Source: Porticoccaceae bacterium
GTDB taxonomy: Bacteria > Pseudomonadota > Gammaproteobacteria > Pseudomonadales > Porticoccaceae
NCBI GenBank assembly: GCA_051306415.1
Contig: JBPPNE010000074.1
Location: 1 to 57,836, forward strand
Length of the DNA stretch: 57,836 nucleotides
Direction: 5' to 3'
The notes under the pieces were generated by a model. The model was not told where the DNA came from and searched no databases. It was given only the letters and a program-made list of their open reading frames with translations. Position numbers and translations under genes: made by a program. Shown here piece after piece: positions 24,052 to 35,341 of this stretch (position 1 is its first letter; every line of letters starts with the position of its first letter).

Positions 24052-25788
24052 TTATGGATTAGGTTCTTTCGTCTGTTTCGCGGCGACGGTTGCGGAAGCG
24101 CCCGGCAAGAGATTCTCCCCTTCCTTCAGCGGTTGTGCCTGCCGTGCCTGTTCCTCGATGACGTTGGCCTCGCTGTATAAACCGGCTTCCGCTTTCGTGG
24201 ACACCACATTGAGTTCTTCATGCCGCGCTTCAGCGGAGAACCGTTTCCCCTTTTCAGCAGCGTGCGCCTCTGCCGGTTTCCCCTCGAGCATGGTGATGGG
24301 GATACCTTGCGGGAAGACAACCTCCCTGGCCTCGTCGGGCATCGAGATGCCATGTTCCTGAAAGGCACGTTTCACCAGCCGGATCACCGAAGAACGCACC
24401 TTCAACCAACTGTGTTCGCGGCCGTTGATCCAAAAGTAGACGCGCAGGTTGACGGTAGACGCCCCCAGATTGTCCGCCAACACTGCGGGTTCGGGATCGT
24501 TCAGAACGGCCGGGTGGTCTGCCAAGACCCCTCGTGCAATCTCCTGTGCCTCGTTGATCGCATCATCGTAGCCGATGCCGACGACAAAGTTCTCGCGCCG
24601 GTTGGCATTGGTAGTGAAGTTGCTGAGGGTGCTCTTGTAAACGCTGGCGTTCGGGATCTGCACGAGATTTCCATCGAGGGTCATCAAGATCGTGGTGCGC
24701 ATGTTCAACTGCTGCACGTAGCCGGTCACGCCGGAAATTTCGACCAAGTCGCCGGTCTCAAACGGTGGCTGCATGCTGAGGAAGATGCTCGCCAGAAAAT
24801 TCTCGGTGATGTCCCGGAATGCGATACCAATGATCAGGCCGACCAGACCGGTGCCGCCGACCAGCGTCAAAGCCAGTTGCGTCAGGCCGGAGACTCTCAG
24901 AATGAGATAGACGCCACAGATGAGAACGAGTCCGCCCGCCGTACGCGCGATCACATTTTGCAGGAGTTTGGTCCGAATCCGTAGGCGCAGCAGCGCTTGG
25001 ACGCCGCGAATGGTCAGCAGGGCACTGCCCACCGACAGAGCCAGAATGAGCAGTGCAAAAACAAGGAAAGGCAGCGCGCGATTGAAATCGCGCCATAACA
25101 GCATTACGCCACTCCACGCCTGGCGGAAATCCCATACCGACTGCTGGTCCACCTGCAAGCGGTTGACCACGGCGACAACGTCCTGCGTGTTGTGCGCCAA
25201 ATCGCCAGCCCATTTCTTCAGCTCATCGGACTCCACCTTGCCATTGAGAAAGACGATGCCTTCCTCGACCCGGACTTGTGGGTCGGTAAACCAGTCGGTG
25301 GCATCCAGAACACGCTGGAGTCGTTTGCGGATCTCTTCATCGTGCGCTACGGGTTTTACGTCCACCTTTGCGGGTGCCAAGGAGAGTTCTTGTTTGACGG
25401 GTGCGGTTAGCTTCTGCGCTTCGCCGGCCTTGCCGACGGGTTCCTTCGCCAAGACCGTCCATGTCAGCATGCAGCACACAAAACCGAGCAACACTGCCCT
25501 CAGAAACAGGTTATGACAACTGCGAGGCAATCGTTGCGCGGGAACACGCTCGCTCGGAACCGCAGGATCGCGGTTCCTGCTTCGGTACTTGCCGACTAAA
25601 ATATCGATGTAAGCACCGAGCTCGAACCGCATCGCAGACAATCGCTGACCGGTAAATTCCGCCGCGCCACAAAAAATCTGCGCCTTCCCACCTTGCACTG
25701 TAACGACTACGCCGAAATTCGCTGAACGGGTTTTGCTTGCCATATCGCGGTCTGGTTTCATAAAACTATGCCTTCGCTTCCTCAACAC
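24052..25788 (-). CDS. BON-domain mechanosensitive channel (MscS family)
   Basis: The BON-like segment (EEIRKRLQRVLDATDWFTDPQVRVEEGIVFLNGKVESDELKKWAGDLAHNTQDVVAVVNRLQV) is followed by TM helices and the MscS beta-domain (TGDLVEISGVTGYVQQLNMRTTILMTLDGNLVQIPNASVY). The start is uncertain (alternatives at 25761, 25743 and 25632). Confidence 0.75.
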   Translation of the reverse strand: MLRKRRHSFMKPDRDMASKTRSANFGVVVTVQGGKAQIFCGAAEFTGQRLSAMRFELGAYIDILVGKYRSRNRDPAVPSERVPAQRLPRSCHNLFLRAVLLGFVCCMLTWTVLAKEPVGKAGEAQKLTAPVKQELSLAPAKVDVKPVAHDEEIRKRLQRVLDATDWFTDPQVRVEEGIVFLNGKVESDELKKWAGDLAHNTQDVVAVVNRLQVDQQSVWDFRQAWSGVMLLWRDFNRALPFLVFALLILALSVGSALLTIRGVQALLRLRIRTKLLQNVIARTAGGLVLICGVYLILRVSGLTQLALTLVGGTGLVGLIIGIAFRDITENFLASIFLSMQPPFETGDLVEISGVTGYVQQLNMRTTILMTLDGNLVQIPNASVYKSTLSNFTTNANRRENFVVGIGYDDAINEAQEIARGVLADHPAVLNDPEPAVLADNLGASTVNLRVYFWINGREHSWLKVRSSVIRLVKRAFQEHGISMPDEAREVVFPQGIPITMLEGKPAEAHAAEKGKRFSAEARHEELNVVSTKAEAGLYSEANVIEEQARQAQPLKEGENLLPGASATVAAKQTKEPNP

Positions 25789-26383
25789 TCACAGCGGGCT
25801 CGGCTTCAAGTGTTTTGCGCACCTCCATCAGCCGCTTTGCAATCCGCGCGCGATCCTGGGCGGCTTCGGTGCTGCGGCCCGCCAATTCAGCAAGCCACTG
25901 CACTTGTTCGTGCAGTGCCCGCCGGCGGCGCGGGTTGGTCGTGAAATCGGCGAGGGTCTCGAAGGCACCGAGCATGCGCGCCATGATGCCGATATTGCCT
26001 TCAGCGCTCTCCCTGATCTGGTCGAACGCCTCGGCCAGCAGTCCTTCAAAGGTCGTGGCGATGGCGATCACACGCAGTTCGTCTCCCTCGTAGCGCAGCG
26101 ATGCGGGAAATTTCCGCGAAGCCAGCTGTGCCAGAATCGCCGTCAGGTAATCCACGCACATCACGGCCGTCGAGGTGTCATTGATACCGGGCGAAAGTGC
26201 CTTCAAGGCCATATCCACGAGCTGGCGGATACCGAAAGCGGGGTCCTGTTCCACCGTGCGATGGCGGTCGATGCTGTAAGCAGCATTCAGGGACTCGATC
26301 GTCTCTTGATCCGGAGGATCTTCCAGGGCGAGCGACGCCAATGCGGTATTTTGCACAACAAACGCGCCGACGCCGCGCTCCAT
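25766..26383 (-). CDS. DUF2254 C-terminal (soluble) half only, N-terminal membrane part missing
   Basis: The 205-aa ORF begins [20 protein letters not shown], matching [20 protein letters not shown] in the middle of the intact 448-aa paralog. It is collinear with that paralog to the end. Confidence 0.6.
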   Translation of the reverse strand: MERGVGAFVVQNTALASLALEDPPDQETIESLNAAYSIDRHRTVEQDPAFGIRQLVDMALKALSPGINDTSTAVMCVDYLTAILAQLASRKFPASLRYEGDELRVIAIATTFEGLLAEAFDQIRESAEGNIGIMARMLGAFETLADFTTNPRRRRALHEQVQWLAELAGRSTEAAQDRARIAKRLMEVRKTLEAEPAVSVEEAKA

Positions 26384-26462
26384 AAGTTTTTGTTCGTTGT
26401 CTTCCGCCTAGTCAAAAGCGGCACGTCGTGGCCAAGCCTATTTTCGGGGATCGAACCGACCA

Positions 26463-27140
26463 CTATTCCCGGTCGAAGCGCACGACTTTGCCGCTCTTGA
26501 AACGCAGCACCAACTGGTCACTTTCAAAGGAAAACTTCGCCTTTTTTCCATCCCGAATCGCCGCCGACCGAATCGTATCGCCATGCACTGAAAATGAGCC
26601 TTTGAGATCTCGGACTTGGCCGGCAAACGGAATATCGGACCACGCCAGGAGAGTTGCTTTTCCTTCTCGGCGGAAGGTGAGCCGGATCCTGACCTCGCCC
26701 ATTTTCGCGTCCACGTCTTTGGCCGTCCAAGTACCGTAAAGTTGCTCGGGTGGCCGAGAGGGCTTCTCGCCTTTCCCGATTTCAGCCGCAACAACGCTCG
26801 GTTTCATCTTCTCAACCGGCGTTCCATGAGCAAATGCTCCGCCCCATACAGCGGCTGCGGTGAAGAGGGCAATGATGCCTTTAATAAAGGGGGTACCGTC
26901 TTTACTTCTGTTGCGGTGGCGGATCGTCTCGTCGTAGAGAATCTCGCCGCTGATGCACTCACCGAGACCGGGCGTGGTCACGATCAATTCCCGCCAAGTA
27001 CGCCTTGCTGCCTCGGTTTGGGAAATCCCCAAGCAGGCAAAGCGTTTGTTGTAGGTAGGATTGCTTTCATCCATCGCCAGCAGGCCCTTATCAGCGGCGA
27101 CCAGCGCACTCGCGGTATCCATAATCTTAGTTGCATTCAT
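26463..27140 (-). pseudogene. chimeric ORF: first ~88 aa of a class I aldolase joined to a signal-peptide-like segment plus an unknown ~120-aa beta-rich domain
   Basis: From the ATG at 27140 (GGAG RBS), DKGLLAMDESNPTYNKRF...WRELIVTTPGLGECISGEILYDET parallels the N-terminus of the intact Fba. Homology stops at ...TPFIKGI and continues as IALFTAAAVWGGAFAHG.... Confidence 0.55.
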
Positions 27141-27168
27141 TTTGCATTGCTCCATTTCCGCTGGCGCA

Positions 27169-28044
27169 CTACTTCGCCAGCTGCTTGCGGATGGATTCCA
27201 ACTCTTTCCGGCGCTTCGCAGTGGTCTTGGGGTAGGCCATGTCGAGTTCATTGAACGCATCCAGGATGGCTTGCAACACGATCAAACGTGCATTCTTTTT
27301 GTCATCGGCAGGAACGATGTACCAGGGGGCGTGATCGGTGCTTGTCGCGTTCAAGCAATCCTCATAGGCGGCCATGTAATGCGCCCAGTATTTCCGCTCG
27401 TGAAGATCTGCGTCGCCGAACTTCCAGTTCTTGTCCGGCTCATCGAGGCGATCAAGGAATCGCTTTCTCTGCTCTTCCTTCGACAAGTGAAGAAAGAACT
27501 TTATGATCCGCGTTCCGTTGCGGTAGAGATGGTTTTCCATATCCACGATGGAGCGATAGCGCTCCTTCCAGACGGTGTCCTCGTCGAGCAGTGCGTCCGG
27601 CAGTCCCTGCGTGCGCAGGATCTGCGGATGCACGCGGACGATCAGCACTTCCTCGTAATAGGAGCGGTTGAAGATGCCGATGCGGCCGCGTTCCGGCAGG
27701 GAGCGGGTGGTGCGCCACAGAAAGTCGTGCTCCAGCTCGGTAGCACTCGGGTGTTTGAAGCTGAACACCTGGCAGCCTTGCGGGTTGACGCCGGACATGA
27801 CGTGCCGGATGGCGCCGTCCTTGCCGGCAGCGTCCATCGCCTGAAAGATCAGCAGCAACGAATAGCGGTTGGAGGCGTAGTGAAGGCGCTGCAGTTCGCT
27901 TAGCTCCTCGACATTTCGTCGCAGGAATTTTTTGTATTTTTTCTTCGATTTGTACACCGGTTCGACCTGCGTCGGCCACTTTGCGAGATTGACCTTGTCG
28001 CCTTCCTGTACCCGGAAATCCTTTGAGTTGATTTTCATCATCAT
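27169..28044 (-). CDS. ppk2: polyphosphate kinase 2 family (polyP:nucleotide phosphotransferase)
   Basis: 291 aa. [38 protein letters not shown]...[15 protein letters not shown] is the typical single-domain PPK2 pattern. Confidence 0.85.
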   Translation of the reverse strand: MMMKINSKDFRVQEGDKVNLAKWPTQVEPVYKSKKKYKKFLRRNVEELSELQRLHYASNRYSLLLIFQAMDAAGKDGAIRHVMSGVNPQGCQVFSFKHPSATELEHDFLWRTTRSLPERGRIGIFNRSYYEEVLIVRVHPQILRTQGLPDALLDEDTVWKERYRSIVDMENHLYRNGTRIIKFFLHLSKEEQRKRFLDRLDEPDKNWKFGDADLHERKYWAHYMAAYEDCLNATSTDHAPWYIVPADDKKNARLIVLQAILDAFNELDMAYPKTTAKRRKELESIRKQLAK

Positions 28045-28205
28045 CCTTTCGTCTGCGCCTCGGCCTGACTGAGGCCGTCTGGCGACTCTAGGGCGGGCAC
28101 TCGGTTGATGACGTCGGCGATAAAATGAAAGCCATCCAGATCATTCATCACTGCCGTGTCGAACGGAGTCGAGGTCGCGCCTGCCATTTCCGGGTTCGGT
28201 TTCAT
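28041..28205 (-). pseudogene. second 3'-terminal phosphoketolase remnant
   Basis: [27 protein letters not shown] aligns with [27 protein letters not shown] of Xfp. The rest has diverged. Its stop overlaps the ppk2 start by 4 nt. Confidence 0.6.
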
Positions 28206-28209
28206 AACC

Positions 28210-29556
28210 CTATGCCCTCTCTTCCTCTGCGCACAAAGCAGGCTCGGGTTCGAGCGCTTCGCGCACTTCCAACAACCGCTTTGCGATCCGCTCGCGATCA
28301 TGGGTGGCTTCGATGGTGCGGCCTGCCAATTCGGCCAGCCACTGCACCTGTTCGTGAAGTGCCTGCCGGCGGCGCGGACTGGTCGTGAGTTCGGCGAGGA
28401 CCGCGAAGGCGCTGAGCATGCGCGCCATGATGGCGACATTGCCTGCGGCGCTGCCCCGAATCTGATCGAACGCCTCGGCCAACAGTCCTTCAAAGGTCGG
28501 AACGATGGCAATCACACGCAGTGTTTCTCCCTCGTAACGGTGCGATAACGGGAATTGCCGACAGGCCAGCCGAGTCAGAATCGCCGTCAGATAATCCACG
28601 CACATCACGGCCGTCGAGGTGTCATTAACACCGGGCGAAAGCGCCTTCAATGCCATATCCACGATCTGTCTGATACCGAAAGAAGGATCCTGTTCCACCG
28701 TGCGATGGCGGCTGATGCTGTAAGCCTTATTCAGGGCAGCAATCATCTCCTGATCCGGCGGGTAAGTCAGGGCGAGCGACGCCAACGCAGCATCTTGCAC
28801 AACGAACGCGCCGACGCCGTGCTCCATCTGCACGATGGTCTTCCTGTCCCGCGCCAAGCCCAGGAGGGCATCATTATCCACGCTCTGTATGTAGCCGCTC
28901 GCGGCTGCCGGCACTGCGTACCAGGTCCTCTCATCCAGAGACCGAAGCACCTGGTCCTGGCCCTCATCTTCATCGGGTCCGTGTCCCAGTTTTTCCGGAA
29001 ATAGCCGGTCAATGGCCGCGATGGCTTCACGAGCAACCGAGGCGATGATGTTGGAAGCCTGGATCGACGAGGCGATGTGATGAATGAAATAAATAAGGAC
29101 GCCAACGCCGCAGAGCGCCAGGATAAATGCAAAGAAAACCGCCATGCTTGGCACGAATTCGGTTTCACCGCCGCGAATGGTGCGCAACACGATCAGGCAA
29201 TAGACAAAAGTTCCGCCGAAGATACCGAGTGTGACCTGCGTGACGCGGCTGCGCATGAAGTTCCGCAAGATGCGCGAGGTGTACTGACCCGAAGCCAGAG
29301 TCATTGCCAGCAGAGTCATGGAAAACGTGATACCCATAACGGATATCATCGAACCGGCAAGCGTCGCCAACATCTGGCGCGCCCCTTCCGTCCCGGTCCC
29401 AAACAGGCGTGGCCACTGGTTCATCCATTGGGCACTCCCGGCGGAGTCTACTTCGATCAACGCTGCCGCTAAGACAATACTGACCGCGACCATCAGCAAA
29501 GGCATAAACCAGAAGCTTGCCCGCAGATCGCCCCAAATTTGTCTCAATTTATTCAT
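28210..29556 (-). CDS. DUF2254 domain membrane protein (full length)
   Basis: 448 aa with 4-5 N-terminal TM helices followed by a soluble domain. The family is recalled from the FGIRQ..D.A.KALSPG.ND..TA pattern. The start overlaps the xfp stop by 8 nt. Confidence 0.65.
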   Translation of the reverse strand: MNKLRQIWGDLRASFWFMPLLMVAVSIVLAAALIEVDSAGSAQWMNQWPRLFGTGTEGARQMLATLAGSMISVMGITFSMTLLAMTLASGQYTSRILRNFMRSRVTQVTLGIFGGTFVYCLIVLRTIRGGETEFVPSMAVFFAFILALCGVGVLIYFIHHIASSIQASNIIASVAREAIAAIDRLFPEKLGHGPDEDEGQDQVLRSLDERTWYAVPAAASGYIQSVDNDALLGLARDRKTIVQMEHGVGAFVVQDAALASLALTYPPDQEMIAALNKAYSISRHRTVEQDPSFGIRQIVDMALKALSPGVNDTSTAVMCVDYLTAILTRLACRQFPLSHRYEGETLRVIAIVPTFEGLLAEAFDQIRGSAAGNVAIMARMLSAFAVLAELTTSPRRRQALHEQVQWLAELAGRTIEATHDRERIAKRLLEVREALEPEPALCAEEERA

Positions 29557-31921
29557 GGATTGGTTTCCATTTCCAATCCCGAATCTCTGGCATATCCTGG
29601 CCGTGCTGTCGTATGTATTGCGTGTGTTCGATGAGTTTATCGCGGATGACTTGGGTTAAGTGCGCGGCACGAGACCCCAAACCCGGCACCCGATCAATCA
29701 CGTCTTGGGCCAAGTGGAAGCGATCCATATCATTCAACACCACCATGTCGAACGGCGTGGTGGTTGTGCCTTCTTCCTTGTAGCCGCGCACGTGCAGATT
29801 AGCGTGGTTGGCGCGCCGATACGTCAGTTGATGGATCAGCGAGGGATAACCATGGTAGGCGAAGACAATGGGTTTATCTGTGGTGAATAAAACATCGAAA
29901 TCCTTGTCGCTAAAACCATGGGGATGCTCACTCTGGGGCTGCAGCGCCATCAAGTCCACCACGTTGATGACGCGTATTTTGAGTTCCGGCAGATGCTGTC
30001 TAAGCAGGTCCACCGCCGCCAGCGTCTCCAGCGTCGGCACGTCGCCGCAGCAGGCCATGACCACATCGGGATCTCCCCCTTCGTCGTTGCTGGCCCATTC
30101 CCAGATGCCAAGCCCGGCGGTGCAGTGTTTGATCGCCGCATCCATGTCCAGCCATTGCAGTTCAGGCTGCTTGCCGGCCACAATCACATTGACGTAATGG
30201 CGGCTGCGCAGGCAATGGTCGGTCACCGACAGCAGGGTGTTGGCATCGGGCGGCAGATAGATACGGATGACTTCAGCCTTCTTGTTTGCCACCAGGTCGA
30301 TAAACCCCGGGTCCTGATGGCTGAAGCCATTGTGGTCCTGCCGCCACACGTGCGAAGACAGCAAATAGTTCAGCGAGGCAATAGGCCGACGCCACGCAAT
30401 GTCGCGTGTCACGTCGAGCCACTTGGCATGCTGGTTGAACATCGAATCGACTATGTGGATGAAGGCTTCATAGCAGGAGAAAAAGCCATGTCGCCCGGTC
30501 AGCAGATAACCTTCGAGCCAGCCCTGACACTGATGCTCACTCAACATCTCCATCACCCTGCCATCGGGCGCGACATGCTCGTCGCCGGGAAGAATCTCTG
30601 CCGTCGAACAGCGGTTCGTCACTTCGAACAGCGCATTCCAGCGATTCGACGCGGTTTCGTCCGGGCTGAAAATACGGAAGTTGCGTGCCTCGGCGTTGAG
30701 CTTCATCACGTCGCGCATGAACGCACCCTGCGCGCGCGTCGCTTCGGCTACCACCTCGCCGGGCTTCGGCACCTTGACCGCATAGTCGCGGAAGTCCGGC
30801 ATTTTCAGATCGCGCAGCAGCATGCCGCCATTGGCGTGCGGGTTGGCGCCCATGCGCCGCTCGCCTGTCGGCGCCAGTTCGGCCAGTTCCGCTATCAGCC
30901 TGCCCTGGGCATCGAATAATTCTTCCGGACGGTAACTTTTCATCCACTGCTCGAGTATCTTCAAGTGCTTGGGTTTTGTCGCAAGCTCTGCAACCGGCAC
31001 CTGGTGCGCGCGAAAGGTCCCTTCGATCTGTTTGCCATCCACTGTTTCAGGTCCGGTCCAGCCTTTCGGCGAGCGCAGGATGATCATGGGCCAGCGTGGG
31101 CGCTCGCCAAACCCATTGGCGCGCGCGTCGCGCTGGATGCGCTGGATCTCGGCAACCACGATGTCGAGGGTGGCCGCCATTAACTGATGCATCTGCTCGG
31201 GGTCGTCGTCCTCGACGAAATACGGCGTGTAGCCATAGCCGCGGAACAGCGCCTCCAACTCGTCGCGGGAAATGCGCGCCAGCACGGTGGGGCCGGCGAT
31301 CTTGTAGCCGTTCAGGTGCAGAATGGGTAGCACGGCACCGTCGTGAACCGGATTGAGAAATTTGTTCGAGTGCCAACTGGTGGCCATCGGGCCGGTTTCT
31401 GCCTCGCCATCGCCCACCACGCAGGCCACCAGCAGATCGGGGTTGTCGAACGCTGCACCATAGGCATGTGAAAGCGCATAGCCGAGTTCGCCGCCTTCGT
31501 TGATGGAGCCCGGGGTTTCCGGTGCAACGTGGCTGGGGATGCCGCCGGGAAAGGAAAACTGGGTGAACAATTTCTTCATCCCCGCTTCATCCTGGGAAAT
31601 ATTTGGATACACCTCGCTGTAAGTCCCCTCCAGATAGGTGTTGGCCACCAACCCCGGCCCGCCATGCCCGGGGCCGGTGACATTGATGATGCTCAGGTCG
31701 TATTGCTGGATGATCCGGTTGAGGTGGACATATACAAAATTTAGTCCCGGCGTGGTCCCCCAATGCCCCAGCAATCTGGGCTTGATGTGTTCCAACTTCA
31801 AAGGTTGTTTGAGTAGCGGATTATCGTAAAGATAAATCTGGCCGACCGACAGATAGTTGGCGGCGCGCCAGTAGGCATCCATCTTGTCGCGCAGTTGCGG
31901 GGAAAGCGTTTTTGTCTTCAT
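29549..31921 (-). CDS. xfp: phosphoketolase (xylulose-5-P/fructose-6-P)
   Basis: 790 aa. [29 protein letters not shown] and GDGEAETGP (ThDP region) are typical Xfp motifs. Confidence 0.95.
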   Translation of the reverse strand: MKTKTLSPQLRDKMDAYWRAANYLSVGQIYLYDNPLLKQPLKLEHIKPRLLGHWGTTPGLNFVYVHLNRIIQQYDLSIINVTGPGHGGPGLVANTYLEGTYSEVYPNISQDEAGMKKLFTQFSFPGGIPSHVAPETPGSINEGGELGYALSHAYGAAFDNPDLLVACVVGDGEAETGPMATSWHSNKFLNPVHDGAVLPILHLNGYKIAGPTVLARISRDELEALFRGYGYTPYFVEDDDPEQMHQLMAATLDIVVAEIQRIQRDARANGFGERPRWPMIILRSPKGWTGPETVDGKQIEGTFRAHQVPVAELATKPKHLKILEQWMKSYRPEELFDAQGRLIAELAELAPTGERRMGANPHANGGMLLRDLKMPDFRDYAVKVPKPGEVVAEATRAQGAFMRDVMKLNAEARNFRIFSPDETASNRWNALFEVTNRCSTAEILPGDEHVAPDGRVMEMLSEHQCQGWLEGYLLTGRHGFFSCYEAFIHIVDSMFNQHAKWLDVTRDIAWRRPIASLNYLLSSHVWRQDHNGFSHQDPGFIDLVANKKAEVIRIYLPPDANTLLSVTDHCLRSRHYVNVIVAGKQPELQWLDMDAAIKHCTAGLGIWEWASNDEGGDPDVVMACCGDVPTLETLAAVDLLRQHLPELKIRVINVVDLMALQPQSEHPHGFSDKDFDVLFTTDKPIVFAYHGYPSLIHQLTYRRANHANLHVRGYKEEGTTTTPFDMVVLNDMDRFHLAQDVIDRVPGLGSRAAHLTQVIRDKLIEHTQYIRQHGQDMPEIRDWKWKPIHE

Positions 31922-32820
31922 GGTTCAGTTCCTTTTGTATTGTGCGCCGGAATTGTGTCTGCCGGCGCTGAATGCGTTTCGTCCTGAGCGGCGGACAGGC
32001 AGGCGCCGAATATGAAAATGCTCCCGGAAAGGTAAATCCACAGCAGCAATGCCATGATCCCGCCGAACGTCCCATAGACCGCGTTTAATGTGGAAAAATT
32101 CTTGAGGTAGATCACGAATAGACTTTCGGCCGCCAGCAAGAGCGCCGTGGCGCACAGGGCGGCGACCCAGACTTCGGAAAAGCGCGTAGGCCGGCGCGGA
32201 GCCAGCCGGTAAAACAGGCTCAGACCAAAGAACAGCGCCAGCAAGGGGATGAAAAAGCTCCCCAGGGTATAGACCCAGGAACGGAAATCATTCATGGGGA
32301 ACAGCCAGTCCCTCGCCATTTGCGCCGGCATTGGCGCGCCTATGCTCAAAAGCACCACACCCGCCGTGATTCCGAGCAGCACCAGGCTTTTGAGCGGCAG
32401 CCGCCACCAACTGTACCCCTCTGTGCCCCAAGCGTGGTTGGTCGCGCTGATGAGGGTGGTGAAGCATTGCAGGGTGACCCAGACCAGGATGAGAAACGCG
32501 ATCGCCCCCGCCTGCCCACGCGCTTTGATCACGCCAGCGACGGTGTCAAAAATGTAAGCTTGCTTGTCACCACTTAGCGGGACGAAGGTTTCAACATAGG
32601 CAATGACCTCCGTTGCGGCCCGGTCCCGATCAATAAAGGCCGAGGAGATCGTGACGAGCAGGACCATCAAGGGAAACAGTGAGAAGAACGCGTTGAAGGC
32701 AAACGCTCCCGCCCACTTTGTCCCGTCGATCCGGAGAAACTTTCTGGCCGCGAGACGAAATATCGCCCATGCCTGGCGTGCTCCCTGGTTAAGCCGGTTT
32801 TGCCCATGCATCTTGCGCAC
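31918..32820 (-). CDS. YihY/BrkB family inner-membrane protein
   Basis: 300 aa polytopic protein. The N-terminus [31 protein letters not shown] is the YihY signature. It has a 4-nt overlap with the xfp start. Confidence 0.75.
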   Translation of the reverse strand: MRKMHGQNRLNQGARQAWAIFRLAARKFLRIDGTKWAGAFAFNAFFSLFPLMVLLVTISSAFIDRDRAATEVIAYVETFVPLSGDKQAYIFDTVAGVIKARGQAGAIAFLILVWVTLQCFTTLISATNHAWGTEGYSWWRLPLKSLVLLGITAGVVLLSIGAPMPAQMARDWLFPMNDFRSWVYTLGSFFIPLLALFFGLSLFYRLAPRRPTRFSEVWVAALCATALLLAAESLFVIYLKNFSTLNAVYGTFGGIMALLLWIYLSGSIFIFGACLSAAQDETHSAPADTIPAHNTKGTEP

Positions 32821-32883
32821 TCTTTCTTTGCCGACGGAGCCAGGCCTTGCTTCCTGGCCGAGCGACGATAGAGGCGGGCGGGA

Positions 32884-34128
32884 TCATTCGGCGGCGCCTA
32901 CAATCGACAGCCCGGCACTTGGCGGAACCTCGTTCTCGAGTGTTGTTTTCACTATGTTCCACACCGAGCGTGCAATCATCAGTTCTTCGTCCGTGCGCAT
33001 GACGCGGACTGCAACCCGGCTGGCCGCTGCGGAAATCACGCCGTCCTTTGCAGTATTGTGCTGCTCGTCGAGTTCGATGCCAAGAAATTCCAGGCCGACG
33101 CAAATCCGCGCGCGGACGAGAGGCGCGTTCTCTCCGATGCCGCCTGCGAACACCAGCGTATCCAATCCGCCCAGGGCCGCGGCGTAGGCGCCAATCCATT
33201 TCTTGGCCTGGTAGCAAAACAGCGCGATCGCCTCCGCCGCGCGCACGTCCTGGGTTTCACGTTCGAGCAGGTCGCGCATGTCGGAACTGGTCTCCGATAC
33301 GCCGAGCAGCCCGGACGCTTGGTTCACCATATCCTGAAATTGTGTGGCACTCATATTCTCGGTACGCGCCAGGTACGAGACCAGTCCCGGATCCAGATCT
33401 CCCGAACGACTGCTCATCACCAACCCTGATGTCGGAGTGAAGCCCATGCTGGTGTCGATGCTCTTTCCGTCGCGCACGGCGGCCAGGCTCGCACCGTTAC
33501 CGAGGTGGGCCAGGATCACACGGCCCGTGGTTGCCGCCGGGTCGCCGAGGCGGACGAGTTCTTCCATAAGGTATTCATAAGACAAGCCATGGAATCCGTA
33601 ACGGCGTACACCCGCCGCCTCGTAGCGGCGCGGAATCGGCAACAGACTGGCAACCCGCGGCATGCCGCGGTGAAACGCGGTGTCAAAACACGCCACTTGC
33701 GGCAATGATGGGTGGCGCTGGCGGATTGCCTCGATCAGTTCGATCTCCAATGGCAAATGCTCCGGGTCATACGGCGTGATGCGGTGCAGTGCGTCGAGCA
33801 ACGCTGGCGTAACCCGCTCTGGCTCGCTATGCGTCATGCCGTGCACCACCCGATGTCCCACGGCTTTAACCGAGGCAAAATCCTGCTGCGTTTCGAGCCA
33901 ATCCAGCAGAAAGGCAATCGCCGAAGCGCGATCATTGGTGTCGAGGGTGTGGCTGTCCTGTAATTTCCCGGTAGCGTCCGTGAAACTCAAATTCGTGCCG
34001 CTCAGGCCAATACGATCAAGCTTCCCATGAAGCCCTCGTTGCAGCGATTCGCCTGTACGAAACAACGCGAACTTGATGCTCGACGAACCGCCGTTGATCG
34101 TCAGAATGTACGAGTCGGTGGATTTCAT
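32884..34128 (-). CDS. ackA: acetate kinase
   Basis: 414 aa. ILTINGGSSSIKFALF, HRVVHG and GFHGLSYEY are present. Confidence 0.9.
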   Translation of the reverse strand: MKSTDSYILTINGGSSSIKFALFRTGESLQRGLHGKLDRIGLSGTNLSFTDATGKLQDSHTLDTNDRASAIAFLLDWLETQQDFASVKAVGHRVVHGMTHSEPERVTPALLDALHRITPYDPEHLPLEIELIEAIRQRHPSLPQVACFDTAFHRGMPRVASLLPIPRRYEAAGVRRYGFHGLSYEYLMEELVRLGDPAATTGRVILAHLGNGASLAAVRDGKSIDTSMGFTPTSGLVMSSRSGDLDPGLVSYLARTENMSATQFQDMVNQASGLLGVSETSSDMRDLLERETQDVRAAEAIALFCYQAKKWIGAYAAALGGLDTLVFAGGIGENAPLVRARICVGLEFLGIELDEQHNTAKDGVISAAASRVAVRVMRTDEELMIARSVWNIVKTTLENEVPPSAGLSIVGAAE

Positions 34129-34230
34129 GGAAGACTCCTTCGTCGTTCTGAAAACCGAACGAATCCAGTTTCGTGCACATCCAGGACCACGCGGGCAATG
34201 GCTGTCACTAGCCCTGGTGTCTCGCGTCCC

Positions 34231-34259
34231 TTATTACTGCGCGCCAGCGGGCGGTCCAA
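34231..34259 (-). promoter_or_regulatory. candidate sigma70-type promoter upstream of ackA
   Basis: The minus strand reads TTGGAC (34259-34254), a 17-nt spacer, then TAATAA (34236-34231), ~100 nt upstream of the ackA ATG. This is a sequence match only. Confidence 0.3.
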
Positions 34260-34262
34260 ATG

Positions 34263-34652
34263 TTACGCCTTGAGGCTCGTGCAGACCCGCTGCAGCAGTG
34301 CCCGTACTTCCCTGCCAAGGGCATGCACATCCGGTTTGTCGACCAACTGTAACACGGCCTCGGGATCCATGAAGGCAACCGTTATGGTTTTATCGGCTTC
34401 TTCGCGCACAACCACGTTGCACGGCAACAGCAATCCAATGTCGGGGTCGGCCTCAAGCGCGCGGTGCGCGAGCGGGGGATTGCACGCACCGAGAATACGA
34501 TAGCGCCGCTGCTCGATATTGAGCTTGGCTTTCAGCGTGGCCTTGACGTCTATATCGGTGAGCACACCGAAGCCCTCCTTTTTCAGGGCCTCGATGACTC
34601 GTGCGACGGCAGTATCAAAAGGTAACGTTAGCTGGACGCTAAATCCGTACAT
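34263..34652 (-). CDS. DUF302 domain protein
   Basis: 129 aa. [26 protein letters not shown]...YRILGACNP...LPCNVVV is the typical DUF302 pattern. Confidence 0.75.
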   Translation of the reverse strand: MYGFSVQLTLPFDTAVARVIEALKKEGFGVLTDIDVKATLKAKLNIEQRRYRILGACNPPLAHRALEADPDIGLLLPCNVVVREEADKTITVAFMDPEAVLQLVDKPDVHALGREVRALLQRVCTSLKA

Positions 34653-34768
34653 GGGATGGTTCCTTCAGAATTGGTACTGCGAGTGAATAATGCGTTTCAT
34701 TTCAGCTGCCACTGGAATGAGCGTGGCGCGTCGCCTCCGGCACGCGCAATTTTCAGCTCAATTCACTG

Positions 34769-35212
34769 TCATTTGGCAGGCATGGTCTCTGTCATCTGGT
34801 CATGCTGCATCATTTGCTCCATCATCATCTGCATCATGTCCATGCGATTTGCCATCATTTCCTGGCGCTGTGCCATGTCGCCACCTGTCATGTTTTTGTT
34901 GCCGCCCATTGCCATGCCACCGGACTGGCTGCTGTCCAGCATCATCGGACCGCCCATGCTGCGCATCGACTTCATGTTTTCCTGCATGGCCTGCATGTGC
35001 TCCTGCATCAGCTTCTGACGTTCCTTCGGGTCGTTTGTTGCCCGGACCTTCTCCATCTGCTGCTGCATTTTTTTCATATCCCCCTGCATCTGAGACATTT
35101 GCTTGTCCATACGCATTCCCGGCGCGGCGGGCGCGGTTTCTTCCTTCGCCGATACGATAGATGCGGACAGGAAGCTGGCAACGATTGTGGCAACTAGTAT
35201 TGAGGTTTTCAT
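34769..35212 (-). CDS. exported methionine-rich protein (putative periplasmic Cu(I)-binding)
   Basis: ATG at 35212 after AAGGAA. The signal peptide is MKTSILVATIVASFLSASIVSA. By hand count there are ~31 Met in the ~120-aa mature part (MQMMMEQMMQHDQM and similar). Confidence 0.6.
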   Translation of the reverse strand: MKTSILVATIVASFLSASIVSAKEETAPAAPGMRMDKQMSQMQGDMKKMQQQMEKVRATNDPKERQKLMQEHMQAMQENMKSMRSMGGPMMLDSSQSGGMAMGGNKNMTGGDMAQRQEMMANRMDMMQMMMEQMMQHDQMTETMPAK

Positions 35213-35341
35213 TGTAGGTTTTCCTTCAGGGTTGAATAGATCAATGTTTCCGTTACTGGCGACTGCTGGTCGTGAAGGCTTGGCGTGAACACAACGCAAC
35301 ACGTCCACGTCAGGCAAGTCGTGTTTCTGACAGCTATACGT

